NCBI GenBank assembly: GCA_951406725.2
Contig: OX597832.1
Location: 69,564,001 to 69,628,000, forward strand
Source: Octopus vulgaris
Lineage: Eukaryota
Length of the DNA stretch: 64,000 bases
Direction: 5' to 3'
Each line of letters begins with the position of its first letter. The stretch's first letter is position 1. The notes beneath the pieces were generated by a model. It worked only from the letters and a program-made list of their open reading frames with translations. It did no database searches and was not told the origin of the DNA. The translations under genes were made by a program, and so were the position numbers. Positions 16,080 through 30,349 of the stretch are shown here, in pieces.

Positions 16080-17590
16080 GCCATAGGGGACGGTCGAAGA
16101 AGAGAGCCAGGAAGCAAGCTGCCTCTCTAGGTAACCCATGTAGGTTTATCGAAACAACAGCAGTGGCAGCGGTGTAATGGTTAATTCATCTGCTCCAAAG
16201 CCGTGTTCAGCATTCACCTTAGTGCCACCTTCAGAAATGATTCTAGGGATCAAGTCCCAGGACACTGAAACTTCTTGATTGATCCGACTGCACCTAATAT
16301 TGGAAAGAATCTGAATTGGAAAGAGACCCCGAATGTGGTCAGGAAGGCAAGAGGAGGTGCAACATCAGAGTCGAGTGGGGGTTCTTTACAAGGTTTATTA
16401 GAAGGGCCAAAGTGTGCTCCACAGGCTCTAGATCACTCTTATGGTTATTTGGAGAAGAGTAAGTTGGCTCAGCAGTTGAGATATGTTGATGGGATACACC
16501 TTAAGCTCGCGAGCCTGCAGTTTGAATAACATCAAAGCAACGCAAGCTCGAGAAAGCCATTATCACTGGTTCTACCATTTCAGTGAGTCTTTTTGCAACG
16601 AAAATGTTGGTGAGGTGAGCGGAAGTGCAGTGTCCAGGGCCACTCATCTAGTTCGAGATTCAGCAGCGTCCCATTTTGGCTGACCAAACTTTGACAATAA
16701 CAACTTTTATGAGAAGTAGGTAGATTCTAAAGTGCCGTGAGGAATTGATGATTTGGACTGGCATAAGTTTCGAGCCAGTCAAGAGAGCTTGTGCTGAAGA
16801 AAGGCTGGGTTTCTGGCAAGTTCGGCTTTCGTTCAGTAACATTTAGATGCTGTTCACCACCGAGAAACTAGTGAAGAGCCTAGGAAAGGTGTTTAAGAGT
16901 AGTCTGAAAGACATACATTCCATTCAGGACGAGTCAGTGATGTCTACCTGGAAATTTGTGGTCTGGATTTACCAGCATAGCACCTCTGCAATTAAAGAAG
17001 TTCATCACTTTTATCAAGGTTTGAGAGAAGATGGCCGCTGCAAGTTTTCACCTCGGGCCAACTTGCAACGACTAAAAAATTGGGAGCTAAAACTCGACTT
17101 GAGAGGCATCGGAAGTTCCCAGAAACTGTCACCTCAATATTACTAAGGCTGAATATGATTCTGATATCAGAAATTTCCACTCAGGTGGTTCTGTTGGATC
17201 TCTCCATTCCATAGAGTGTTAATATGAGTAAGGGGAGGAAATATATTATGAGCAAGTGAACTCATGCCAAAACAATGGCTGGCAAGCAAGGTTTGGGACC
17301 CAATCAACGTGGGATGCAGCAGGTTTTCAGGTCAAACTCTGAACAGAGTTTACGGCATTACAAGGACCAATAGGTCGAATGCTATCAGGTTGACTGCGGA
17401 TGTAGCAGAGGTTACCACAAAGTGGCAATGGATCAGGAGATGTGAGCACTGGAAGTGAGCGTGCCACCAGATGTAGTGCTAACTGGACATATGAAGCTGG
17501 GTAAGTGAGAGTGTCCAATGTTCAAGAACCCGAAACACATAATGAAATCATTGAGTATGTGTCCAGGTACGCCACAGGATGATGTCGATG
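16080..17590 (+). mobile_element. Heavily deleted HERO/NeSL-like RLE non-LTR retrotransposon relic
   Basis: Fragments VVRKAR..., EKLVKSLGKVFKSSLKD, WIYQH, WELKLDL, and a C-terminus PINVGC.RFSGQTL....GI..AIRLTADVAEVTTKWQWIRR resembling HERO ends. Confidence 0.7.
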
Positions 17591-17980
17591 AAAAAGTGCT
17601 TTTAGCAGATTCTTTAAAGAAGTTGACTGATTTTAGTTGTTTTTTCTCTGCAGCCACCTAGCAGCTTAACCAGTCACACGTACAATATTTCTTTTCTCGT
17701 TGGCTGGCACTGCAATGATTTTGACAAGGAGTGTGGTAGACTAACTGCTAAGACAGCCATACCATAAATCTTAATAAATTTTTACGAACACACAGAAATC
17801 GAAGCGAATCAATCGGAGACAACCGAACTTTGAGGAATCAATTTCTTCGGAAAAATCTAATTGAATTTATTGCATATTTTCCAAGTATCGATAAAAGACA
17901 AGAGACAAGTTAGTAATTGGTGTGAACTGTAAAAATAATTAAATGATTATGAACAGATCAGGTGCATCTTATCTAATGGT

Positions 17981-18053
17981 AAGGAGGAGGAGGAGGAGGA
18001 AGAAAAGAAAGAAGAAGAAGGAGAAGAAGAAGAAGAAGAAGAAGAAGAAGAAG

Positions 18054-18084
<31 letters not shown>

Positions 18085-18160
18085 GGAAAAGGAAGAAGAT
18101 GAACAACAACAACAAGAATGAAAAGAAGAGCATGAAGGAGAACAAGAAGAAAAAAGAGAG
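17981..18160 (+). repeat. (AGG)/(AAG)/(AAC) trinucleotide array
   Basis: Direct reading. Confidence 0.95.
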
Positions 18161-18248
18161 ATTAGAATGTGCTAGATGCTATAACAGCTGATTAAATTCG
18201 ATAATATTTGTATGTGGGTGTATATGTGTGTATATTAACTGTGTTCTG

Positions 18249-18288
<40 letters not shown>

Positions 18289-18420
18289 ACACATATGTAA
18301 TCAATGGTATATATATAGGTATAGAGAATACGCATTGCTTCTCTATCTCCATGAGTAAAACTTCGTCACGCATACACACGTGTACACACACGCACTCGTA
18401 AATAATGTATGTATACACAC

Positions 18421-18535
<115 letters not shown>

Positions 18536-18907
18536 CATACATACATATATATATATACTTTTTAGTACAACGTATGTATATACGTACTTATAGATGCATA
18601 CATATGTAAGTATCCATATATCAACTCATTTCCATCTTTACCAGTCTTGTATATATAGGGTATATGTGATTGCAAGAATATGTAAGCTTCACTGCTTTAT
18701 ATCACTTTCTCTCTCTCCCTCTCACTCTGTGTGTGTGTCTCTCTCTCTTTCTCTCTCTCCCCTCTCTCTCCCCACGAGTCATTGGAAACAAAAAGTTCAG
18801 TAATCGTGTAAAGATCATGTAATTATCATTGTAATAAAGTTTTTAGTGCTAGAAAGTAAGGAACAGACTCGTTAATGAATTTAAGAACACACACACGCAT
18901 ATATATG

Positions 18908-19022
<115 letters not shown>

Positions 19023-19832
19023 GTATTTATGAATATGTATATGTATATATATACTTTTGATAAACTATAATAGAATGACGAAGAATAAACACTTCCACAA
19101 ATGCACGGGAGCACACACCTACACCTCTGAATATGTATACATATGTGTATGACTCTCTTTTTGCCTTCTGTCGTCGCCTCTTAGCTGATGCTGCAACCAT
19201 GCTTCCATCATCTCCCGCTGTTATATAACACTTTTCCTTTCAGGTTCTTTAACTGTTGTTTACTTTTTGTCCGTTTATATTTATTCAGTTGTAATTAAAA
19301 TGTGATTTGCGACACTCTTCTAACACGCATTTGCATTTCCGTTAAAATACTTATTCCTTCAATTTCTCTTTGATTTTAAAATCTGCATCTACTTAATTTG
19401 TAATGAATCGGCCACAAAATGAAAGACTACATTTGGTCGTGACCTTAATTTGAACTTGTATTCATAAATCTGACTTCTCGTTGAAATTAATTCCAGTCAG
19501 GTAATACGTCGTTTTACAATTGGTGACACGTCTTACTAAGCTAATCACTAACACTTCGGAAGATCATATGTTGTAGAGCAAGTGCAGATTACGGTCAGAG
19601 TGAAGTGTAGTTGTCCCTTTTATAAGTGATTCGCAACAAAGACGTTTCCAACTATAACGACAAGGAGAGAACGTGTTGTACTCAAAACCATTCTCTCTTG
19701 ACAAACGTCTGAGCACTCTGAACGAGGCAGAAACAGACGGGCAGCAACGACAATTGAAACATAGGAATACAGCTAAGAACGCAACACCTCTGTATGCAAT
19801 GATTTACATCCACACACACACACATATATAGA

Positions 19833-19873
<41 letters not shown>

Positions 19874-20318
19874 TTCCAGGTATACTACTCACGCACAAAC
19901 GCATATATAGACATAACCTAGGCACAACTTGCAGAAAAGTACTCAGACACATAACTGCGCACTTGCACACTCACACTTACCAGCCTATATATGTATAGTA
20001 TATATAAAGCGGAAACGTCCCTAAGCGCCTTAATTAATGCACGAATGAAGGCCGAGAGCCTCTTATCTATACGTAAAGTTGGTTGATTTAAGTTTCCACT
20101 TATTTTTCCCTTTATTACTAAAATACAATCTTTAAACGCTATTCGTGTTCCTTATCTATTTCTCTTTCTTCCTTTTAGAGAGCGGACGCTGCTTGGGTGG
20201 GGAGAAAGCGGGAAATTCTGAAAATCTCGAAAAAATATAAATAAGAAGGTGATGATTGTGGGATAATATAGAAAAAGGAATCAATGATGTGTAAGAGTTG
20301 AAACAAGTGTGTGTGTGT

Positions 20319-20372
<54 letters not shown>

Positions 20373-22288
20373 ATTCTTTCACTTTCTAACAACATTTTCG
20401 ATTTCAGTGATAAACAATTACACAAATAGAAGTGTATGAATATATTTTGCAATTATTTATATTTGCATTTACGTTGTCAGTAGTTTCTTTTTGAATGTCG
20501 AAGCATTTCAAAGTTTCAGAAAATGAAATTAATCATAGTATAGGTTTGAACTATTGATTGCAAATTAACTTCTAATCTCTTTATCTATTGATTACACATT
20601 ACTTCCCTCAGTTCTTCCGTATACAAAACATTCCACTAGCCGTCAGTAGTGCTGTATAGTTTCAATAGAACTATTGACATTTTTCAGTCCCGTACATTTC
20701 TTTCTTCATCATTGGAAATATACAAGCCTTTGTTTCGTTATTTACTGAATTGTGTTATTTTTTTATGCATAAAAATCTCTATACACACAATTTCAAAGGA
20801 CTTCATTACAAAGGTTATTAAAAGAAGATCCCACTAAATAATGTGGTGTAATAGGTTGTCAAATACATGAGGTTCCTTCTTTCGAAATAATACTCTCTTC
20901 ATAATTTCGTTGTAATCCCTAGAGCCGAAGATTTTTGTTTTCAATTAGCAGTCTCGAAAATGGAAGGACAGAATATCTAAGAAACAATGTGATTTGACCA
21001 ATGGAATGTCATCCCTAGAAATTCCATTTGTTGAATTACTTTTATTTTCGGAATGTCAAAGTATTATTTAAAAAACAAATTGCATATAAATCATTAAACA
21101 CGCCAACAATATTCTATCAATAATGAATTAAAGTATCATTGAAATAATAAAATTAAAAAAGTAATTTGCTGTAATATTTTCCTACAGAGATCCTCTTCTA
21201 AAACTGAAAACCAAAAGACCACTAATAACTTACTGAAATATTTATCAAGTGTTTTTTCCCGATATTTGTTAAAATATAATTTTCAGTCCATTTAACCATT
21301 CATAGTGCAATCGCCAGACAATGTAGAATATATTTCTTGATTTTCATTGTCTTAAATTGCATATCACACTGAAGACGTTCTGTTTCTACTGAAACAACTA
21401 TATGTAATTGGAGATTCATGATATTTATTCACCGCGAAATATATTCAAGATATCTGAAATACGATTCTGCATTTATCTTAAAATGATTATATTTATTATT
21501 AAGATATAATTGTGAAGAGAATATATTTTCTCTTCCTCGTAAAGTGAAACGTCTTGACCAATCACAATTACGGTTATGAAAGAAAGAAACCAAGTCATCT
21601 ATTGTTTATTATGGATTCATTTTAAATAAATATGTATGTATATTTATGTAGATGTGTATGCATATGTATGTATATGTATATATGTATGTATATATATTGT
21701 GTATGTGTGTACAACAGCTACAGAACACCTAATTCGAAACCGAATATAATTTCCTACTCGTTGTCAAACAAGTCCTCGACCTAATACTTTCGCTTTTCTT
21801 CACAGAGATTAATGGGAGTGAACTGGTCGCTCAGACCTTTCTCCAGTGATATGGTGAAGAATCCCATTGTTCTCGGTTGACCTAATGAGATTAACAGAAT
21901 CTTAAATACACAAGCAATCGTTCTCTGACAGTCATCCTACGTCTGGCCGAGATTGTGGACCTCTTACCGTCGCGCTCTAAGAGATCTGTGCGTGCATACG
22001 TAGACCTCTTACCGATTCTATCTGCATACATTCCTTTGCTTGTCTTAATCTAGTAATAACAGGGATGAAACTTAACTTTTATACAGAATGGTAATCTACA
22101 AATATGCTATGTAAAAACAAGCAGCTCAATGAAGTTGTATGTTTCTTACATATTGTAACGACCAATATTGTAATCTTCGTTATAAATGACCAACTGGATA
22201 ATTAGCTAATAATGTTCTTCAATCATTTCTCCAATATATAATTTTAATTCCCTTTCTACATACATTTTTCATACATACACACATACAG

Positions 22289-22328
<40 letters not shown>

Positions 22329-22340
22329 GTATATATATAT

Positions 22341-22462
22341 TGGCCTGCTGGCTTAGGCAGCGGGGTGGCGTCATTTGAAGGCTAAAACAATGCGAAGCGC
22401 ATTGTGACCAGCGATGTGTAGCAACATCTGATAGCCTGGTCGGTTACGGTGATCACGGTGAT
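22341..22462 (+). mobile_element. Probable LINE 3'-end fragment inserted in (TA)n
   Basis: GC-richer 120-bp block ending in short tandem ACGGTGA units, with TA on both sides. Confidence 0.5.
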
Positions 22463-22482
22463 ATATATATATATATATATAT

Positions 22483-22935
22483 AATCAATGATTAAGGGTA
22501 AAATCAATTAATTATTAATTAATTTCACCAAGTAGTGTTCAGTATGTAAAAGGCGTAGTACTTTACATACTGAACACTATTACATACTGAACACTATTAC
22601 AAGGCGTATTCAAAATATTACGTTATATAATTAGGGCTCAGTAAAATAATTTACTTTGCCACATACTGAAATTTTTAGAAATAGCAGCCAAAAAATGTCG
22701 AGTTTAAATTCGACTAATCTAGAAACGTGAGCGTTCTCAAATAATCTTTGTACATGTGATATTTTGGTGTTTTCCCTCCATATCTACGTGAATTATTTTT
22801 GAGTAAACACTATCTGGGAGACTCTTCTTAAAGTAGTAGAAATGGTTAAAAAAACTTTTTGGCTGCTATTTCTAAAATTTTCAGTATGCGGCAAAGTAAA
22901 TTATTTTACTGAGCCCTAATTATATAACGTAATAT
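22483..22935. mobile_element. Fold-back mini-element in (TA)n
   Basis: 80-bp inverted arms 22615-22694 and 22856-22935 (2 mismatches), with a ~130-bp extension beyond the left arm. Confidence 0.75.
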
Positions 22936-22951
22936 ATATATATATATATAC

Positions 22952-23345
22952 ACTCTTTACTCTTTCTCTTTTACTTGTTTCAGTCATTTGACTGCGGCCA
23001 TGCTGGAGCACCGCCTTTAGTCGAGCAAATCGACCCCGGGACTTATTCTTTGTAAGCCCAGTACTTATTCTATCGGTCTCTTTTGCCGAACCGCAAGGTG
23101 ACAGGGACGTAAACACACAAGCATCGGTTGTCAAGCAATGCTAGGGGGACAAATACACACACATACATATATATATATACATATATACGACAGGCTTCTT
23201 TCAGTTTCTGTCTACCAAATCCACTCACAAGGCATTGGTCGGCCCGGGGCTATAGCAGAAGACACTTGCCCAAGATGCCACGCAGTGGGACTGAACCCGG
23301 AACCATGTGGTTGGTAATCAAGCTATTTACCACACAGCCACTCCT
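22952..23345 (-). mobile_element. Full-length SINE family C with internal TA/CA microsatellite
   Basis: Minus strand GGAGTGGCTGTGTGGT (A box), GGTTCAGTCCC (B box), CORE-like CTTGGGCAAGTGTCTT, internal microsatellite at 23153-23187, tail ending in AAAGAG repeats. Confidence 0.9.
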
Positions 23346-24180
23346 CATATATATATATGTGTGTGTGTTTGTGTATGTGTGTGTTTGTGTGTGTATGTGT
23401 GTGTGTGTGTGTATGTGTGTGTACATACATATAAATAGATAGAGAGAGAGATAGACAGACATGAATATATGTGAACTATTGTCTTCGTATATCTGTGTAT
23501 TAGGATGCCTGAGGACGTCATTGTTCATAGTTGACCATGTCTATGTGCTGCGGTGCTGTGCGGTAAGCATAATGGCCGATGCACTTTGTGTTTACTTGTG
23601 TGTTTTTGTTTGCAGAGTATACGGCAACAAAGCATACACAGACATAAAGCCACAAATATATCTACACGCAGAGATAAATATATAAACGTATTGATATAAA
23701 TCAGTGTATTTACATACGTAAAATAACAATCGTTAGTCTTTTGATAAAGCATACATAATTAACACTATTGTCAGTCTAGAATGAAAGATGGATCTGCAAA
23801 AACTAGGAGGGGAACAGAATACCTTCAAGTGTTTAATCATGTCTAGCAATGTTTTACGCTCAAGTCACCCAGGTCATGATTTTTTGATACATCACAAAAC
23901 AATTTACAGTTTCATTAATGGCACTACAGTTCTCGAAAATAAATATCCCCCGAAATACATGGCTGTTTGCGTCAGTTTGTAATAAGTGGTGTGTGCGTCC
24001 CTGTGTTAGGGATAACCTGGCTGTTCAGTAAAACAGAACGATATAATAAATGTCAAGCTTTTCAAAAAAGTACCGCAAGGTGAGGGTTATTCGTTCGTCT
24101 ACAACCCTTTAAGGTGGTGCCCCAGCCTGATCGTAGTCTGTAGACAAGTAAAACATAAAACACACACTCAAACTTATATG

Positions 24181-24246
<66 letters not shown>

Positions 24247-24327
24247 CGTGTGTGTATGTGTGTATCTATATATACATACACACACATATACTTATATAAA
24301 ACTTATGTATATAAATATAAATATATA

Positions 24328-24793
24328 TGAGGTATATTTGCCATCTCAATATAGCTAACCACTAAGGGTGGGTGTTACAAGCTACAGTAACACCCATCCT
24401 TAGTGGTTAGCCATATTGAGATGGCAAATATTCCTCACATTGTCGTGCAGTTACTGTTTATACCTCGTTCAGAGATTTATTATTGCTTGCATACAGTTTT
24501 TCGAGATCAGTGACGAAACGTTACTGGAAAAATGATATAAGTATTTGCATTGGGACCCCTTTTATCGAAAACCGGTGATTGTCGTACACTAATGACACGT
24601 CAATACCTAGAAACTGCAGTCCGTGCGTATCACCTAGGTTGACTTAAGTGCACAGAAAGTGTGACTAAAGCCAGTTCTCCTGGGGCTACAAGCTACAGTA
24701 ACACCCACCCTTAGTGGTTAGCCATATTGAGATGGCAAATATACCTCACATTGTCGTGCAGTTACTGTTTATACCTCGTTCAGAGATTTATTG
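24328..24793 (+). mobile_element. Retrozyme/mini-PLE-like element: 51-bp inverted arm plus a 311-bp-period partial tandem with hammerhead motifs (second copy ~25784-26249)
   Basis: Direct repeats 24376-24481 and 24687-24792, hairpin 24328-24437, hammerhead-like motif 24584-24626, (TA)n on both sides. Confidence 0.75.
24584..24626 (+). ncRNA. Minimal type I hammerhead motif with one core substitution (duplicate at 26040-26082)
   Basis: GTACA-CTAATGA-CACGTCAATACCTA-GAAAC-TGCA-GTC-CGTGC: palindromic TGCA loop and GUC site; helix II is weak. Confidence 0.65.
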
Positions 24794-25630
24794 TATATAT
24801 ATATATATATATATATAGTGTGTGTTGTGTGTGTTTGTGTGTGTATGTGTGTGTGTGTGTGTATGTGTGTGTACATACATATAAATAGATAGAGAGAGAG
24901 ATAGACAGACATGAATATATGTGAACTATTGTCTTCGTATATCTGTGTATTAGGATGCCTGAGGACGTCATTGTTCATAGTTGACCATGTCTATGTGCTG
25001 CGGTGCTGTGCGGTAAGCATAATGGCCGATGCACTTTGTGTTTACTTGTGTGTTTTTGTTTGCAGAGTATACGGCAACAAAGCATACACAGACATAAAGC
25101 CACAAATATATCTACACGCAGAGATAAATATATAAACGTATTGATATAAATCAGTGTATTTACATACGTAAAATAACAATCGTTAGTCTTTTGATAAAGC
25201 ATACATAATTAACACTATTGTCAGTCTAGAATGAAAGATGGATCTGCAAAAACTAGGAGGGGAACAGAATACCTTCAAGTGTTTAATCATGTCTAGCAAT
25301 GTTTTACGCTCAAGTCACCCAGGTCATGATTTTTTGATACATCACAAAACAATTTACAGTTTCATTAATGGCACTACAGTTCTCGAAAATAAATATCCCC
25401 CGAAATACATGGCTGTTTGCGTCAGTTTGTAATAAGTGGTGTGTGCGTCCCTGTGTTAGGGATAACCTGGCTGTTCAGTAAAACAGAACGATATAATAAA
25501 TGTCAAGCTTTTCAAAAAAGTACCGCAAGGTGAGGGTTATTCGTTCGTCTACAACCCTTTAAGGTGGTGCCCCAGCCTGATCGTAGTCTGTAGACAAGTA
25601 AAACATAAAACACACACTCAAACTTATATG

Positions 25631-25702
<72 letters not shown>

Positions 25703-26245
25703 CGTGTGTGTATGTGTGTATCTATATATACATACACACACATATACTTATATAAAACTTATGTATATAAATATAAATATATATGAGGTATATTTGCCAT
25801 CTCAATATGGCTAACCACTAAGGGTGGGTGTTACAAGCTACAGTAACACCCATCCTTAGTGGTTAGCCATATTGAGATGGCAAATATTCCTCACATTGTC
25901 GTGCAGTTACTGTTTATACCTCGTTCAGAGATTTATTATTGCTTGCATACAGTTTTTCGAGATCAGTGACGAAAAGTTACTGGAAAAATGATATAAGTAT
26001 TTGCATTGGGACCCCTTTTATCGAAAACCGGTGATTGTCGTACACTAATGACACGTCAATACCTAGAAACTGCAGTCCGTGCGTATCACCTAGGTTGACT
26101 TAAGTGCACAGAAAGTGTGACTAAAGCCAGTTCTCCTGGGGCTACAAGCTACAGTAACACCCACCCTTAGTGGTTAGCCATATTGAGATGGCAAATATAC
26201 CTCACATTGTCGTGCAGTTACTGTTTATACCTCGTTCAGAGATTT

Positions 26246-26302
<57 letters not shown>

Positions 26303-26307
<5 letters not shown>

Positions 26308-28115
26308 TAAAATATGAAAAATCAACGAAAATGCGCATTGCAAATAAAAAAAGGCTTTTTATGAAAGGTAACGACAAATATATACATTTACATAGACGGA
26401 TGTAGTCATAAGAGTCATAAAAGTCATTATTATGAGATGATTATAAGATGATAAGAAAGTAAGAAAACATTACAACCCACAGAAAACACTGAAAAACTAT
26501 CCTCCTTACTCCAAATTTATGGAAAGGGTCTCACTACACATGAAGTAGACTATTTATCCAATTTCAAATGCAGTTCTAGTCTATTCTACGGATTATCCTC
26601 GAACTCAAGTTATACCAATCATCACTAGAAAAATATGGCGCCTCTTTTAATTGCTACTTAAAGGAAGAGATATTTGGATGATTGCTTCATACTTTGGAAA
26701 GACAGCATGGATAAACTCCTTGATTTCAAATGAATGCTCAACAACATACACAGCAATATACAATTCACTATGGAACACAACAGTAAACAACTCCCTTTTC
26801 TAGACATCTTGATTAGAATAGTTAACAACCACATAGAAATAGACATCTTTTATAAACCCACAGATTCTAAACAATACTTATCATTTAACTCCTGCCACCC
26901 CAATTACATAAAAATCAACATACACTTTAACCTAGCGAAAAGAATCTGCACCATAGTTTCGGATACATTTACTCGAGAACAAAGACTCCTTGAACTTAGA
27001 TCTACACTAACTAAAAGACATTACCCAATCTCATTAATAAATGAAGGCATCAAAAGAGCTAAGGAAATAGATATACAAATGTTAAGGAAAACTAGCCGAA
27101 ATACTAAACAAGACTTAAAAATACTCCCGTACATTTCCACACATAACCCTAGAAACAACGAAGCCTTCAAAATCATCACCCAAAATCTTCCCATCCTCAC
27201 AGCAGACAAAACAATGAGCGAAATTTTAAGCTCATACAAAATTATAAAAAGCAAAAATCAACCGAAGTCACTGAAAAAATATTAACCAGCGCAAGACTGT
27301 ATCCACTAACAACAGAGCCAAAAGTGACAAAATGTGGACGTACTGTTGAACATGTCCCCACCTTCTGGAGGGTTAAGAATTTCACTTCAAACAAGAAGAA
27401 ATATTTAAGATCAAATCAAATTTCACCTGCGTCTCAGTAAATATAATCTATGTCATGACATGCATAGGATGTGGTAAACTCTATATTGGACAAACAGTAA
27501 TTTCACTCCGTCAAAGAACCGCCATTCATAAAGAGCAAATTCGCCACCCACAATACAGACAGTTAAAGGTGAGTGAACACATAGAAAGGTGTGCCAGGAA
27601 TCTTAATCCCGATTTCCAAATCTTTCCCTTCTATCAATGTTCACAGAAAACCACAATTCAACAAAGGTTGAATAATGAGGCATTTTTCATCAATAAATAT
27701 CTCCCCCAACTAAATATGAACACACAACTCAATACAGAACACCACTAACTCTTCAATTTAAACCACTAACCCCTATACACTTCCTACACCACTCACATCT
27801 CTTAATCCAGAACTACTTACCTCCCTTACAAATAATCAATTTTTTCAGGAACTATTATGTTTTCAAAGCGAGGAATAGCTTTTTGCAGAAACCATGGTTC
27901 GCTTTGTTTTCTTACTTTATTATCATCTTAAAATCATCTCATAATAATGACTTTTATGACTTTTATTACTACCTCAGTCCATCTAAATATATATATTTGT
28001 CGTTACCTGTCATAAAAAGCCATTTTTTATTTGCAATGTGCATTTTCGTTGATCTTTCATATTTTACACTTACATCTCCACGTGTATTTTATATTTTCTT
28101 TTTGTAACATATTTC

Positions 28116-28118
<3 letters not shown>
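26303..28118 (+). mobile_element. Penelope-like element (RT remnant + GIY-YIG endonuclease, Neptune/Naiad-like), disrupted, with an inverted terminal repeat, in (TA)n
   Basis: RYLDDCFILW, IQFTMEH..QLPFLDI, YKPTDSKQYLSFNSCHP, KCGR..C.TC, FTC.S.NIIYVMTCIGCGKLYIGQT..LRQR..H..VSEH..E..FI. Inverted repeat 26307-26469 / 27905-28067. Confidence 0.92.
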
Positions 28119-28163
<45 letters not shown>

Positions 28164-28244
28164 GTATACATATATACAAGGGACATATAAGTGTATGCAT
28201 AAATACATTACATACTGGCGTAGGTACATGCATCATAGATATAT

Positions 28245-28378
28245 AGGGAGAATTCATAAAAAAAAACAAAGGACGAAGAGAGGTGGTGTATACAACAAAC
28301 AGATGTATCACTTTGACGCTCGGGAAGTGAAAAAAGTCTTTAACGTTTCGAGCCTACGTTCTTCCACAGAAAGAAATA
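28245..28378 (-). mobile_element. Family H1 fragment with an ultra-minimal hammerhead-like motif (28337-28374)
   Basis: Minus strand TCTTT-CTGTGGA-A-GAAC-GTAG-GCTC-GAAACGT-T-AAAGA. Confidence 0.65.
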
Positions 28379-29104
28379 TACATACATATGTGTGTGTGTG
28401 TGTTTGTACATACATATGCATTTATATGTACATTTATCTATCTATCTATTTATCTATCTACGTATATAAACTAATATATAGTGAGATACATATATAAGTA
28501 TACCTGTGTATGTTGGCGTTATTCTTTATTTTTCTTTTGTGCTTGTTTTTTTATTTTTACCGCAGTTATTCACCTCATCCTGAATGTGGTGGATATGAAA
28601 ACAATATAAAACAAATATCTGGATACATATATAAGCACAAACACAAACACAGACACACGCATATAGAAACTAAAACTTAACATATTACTGTATATTAACA
28701 TACCACTATATATTTATAGTTCTTCATACTTCTTCATTCTGCCATATTGTTATCGAATATCGAATATAGCACCGTTTTTAGTGATTCGGATATTTTTAGC
28801 TTACGGTAATTTTCATAAGCTGCAAACTTTTTAATATTTGATGCGTTCTCTCAGTTTACCGAGATGCTTGATTGTAACAATATACAAACTGAGTGTTAAT
28901 TTTGCTCTATCTTTAGAAATGTTCTCCGAATTGGCCGTTCATATTTATGATACGAGTTTTTTTTTATATATATATTTGAGTAAACCTTACGTCGTTCAAT
29001 CATCATTTAGAATATATTGAAAGAACCACCGAAGATGGACTACATAACCTGGCTCACCCTCTTACTCCCAGGATGATATCTACATACTTGAGTATATATA
29101 TTTA

Positions 29105-29610
<506 letters not shown>

Positions 29611-29659
29611 ATACATACATACATACATACATACATACATACATACATACATACATACA

Positions 29660-29691
<32 letters not shown>

Positions 29692-30349
29692 CCTGTTATA
29701 TATATGGTGTCAAAGATGTTCAGTTGCTTCATATTTTCAAGCTGTTGTATTTCAAAAGATTATCTTTCAGCGTAAGAAGAAATATCTGGTATTTTTGTGG
29801 TCCTCGATAGACGACTTTAGTTGTCAATGTTACTGTCACTAAGAAAACTTAAGGGAATATATTCCTCTCACTGATGACCTTTTGCCGGTGTGTAGGTAGC
29901 CTTTTTTTCTGATGACCTCTTGTAATAGAAATTTGGTATTTCTCTGGGTATAAACTGACGGTTGTCAGTCAGGGTATACTTTCTGAGAATCTCCTCCTGA
30001 GAAATTCCAGATATTTCTATTCTCTTTATTTCACTCATATCTTGAGAATGGCATGACAGCTACAACATATAATCAATGAAAAACTCTCGACAAGTCATGC
30101 GACAGATTATTACTCATTGATACATGACAGCGATGAAGAAACCTCAAGGAATCGATTGTATATGTGACGCATAACTATTTGGCAACACACACACACACAA
30201 GCGCGATCGCACGCACGGAGCACGCACACACAAACACAGACACAAAACAAATACGTAAAAACATACAAGCAGTCATACCCATGCATACATTTCTAAGTAT
30301 TCTTTACCGTTTAATCAGTAATAGAAGGATAGCTTCCAACACCCTTTCC

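Larger units (their letters stand above)
23377..26273. repeat. ~1.45-kb near-identical tandem duplication (about 23377-24817 and 24827-26273)
   Basis: Identical ORFs offset by 1450 bp. Differences seen: TA tract length and two substitutions. Confidence 0.95.

Noticed and set aside
17943-18191. Poly-Lys/Arg ORF (protamine-like)
   Set aside because: Translation of a pure AAG/AGG microsatellite
26720-27360. In-frame TGA codons in the PLE as selenocysteine (Naiad-type recoding)
   Set aside because: The TGAs do not fall on conserved Cys positions (for example C-*-T-C), the copy has other stops and frameshifts, and no SECIS was recognised
29866-29945. Two nearby CTGATGACCT words
   Set aside because: No helix II/III or helix I pairing around them
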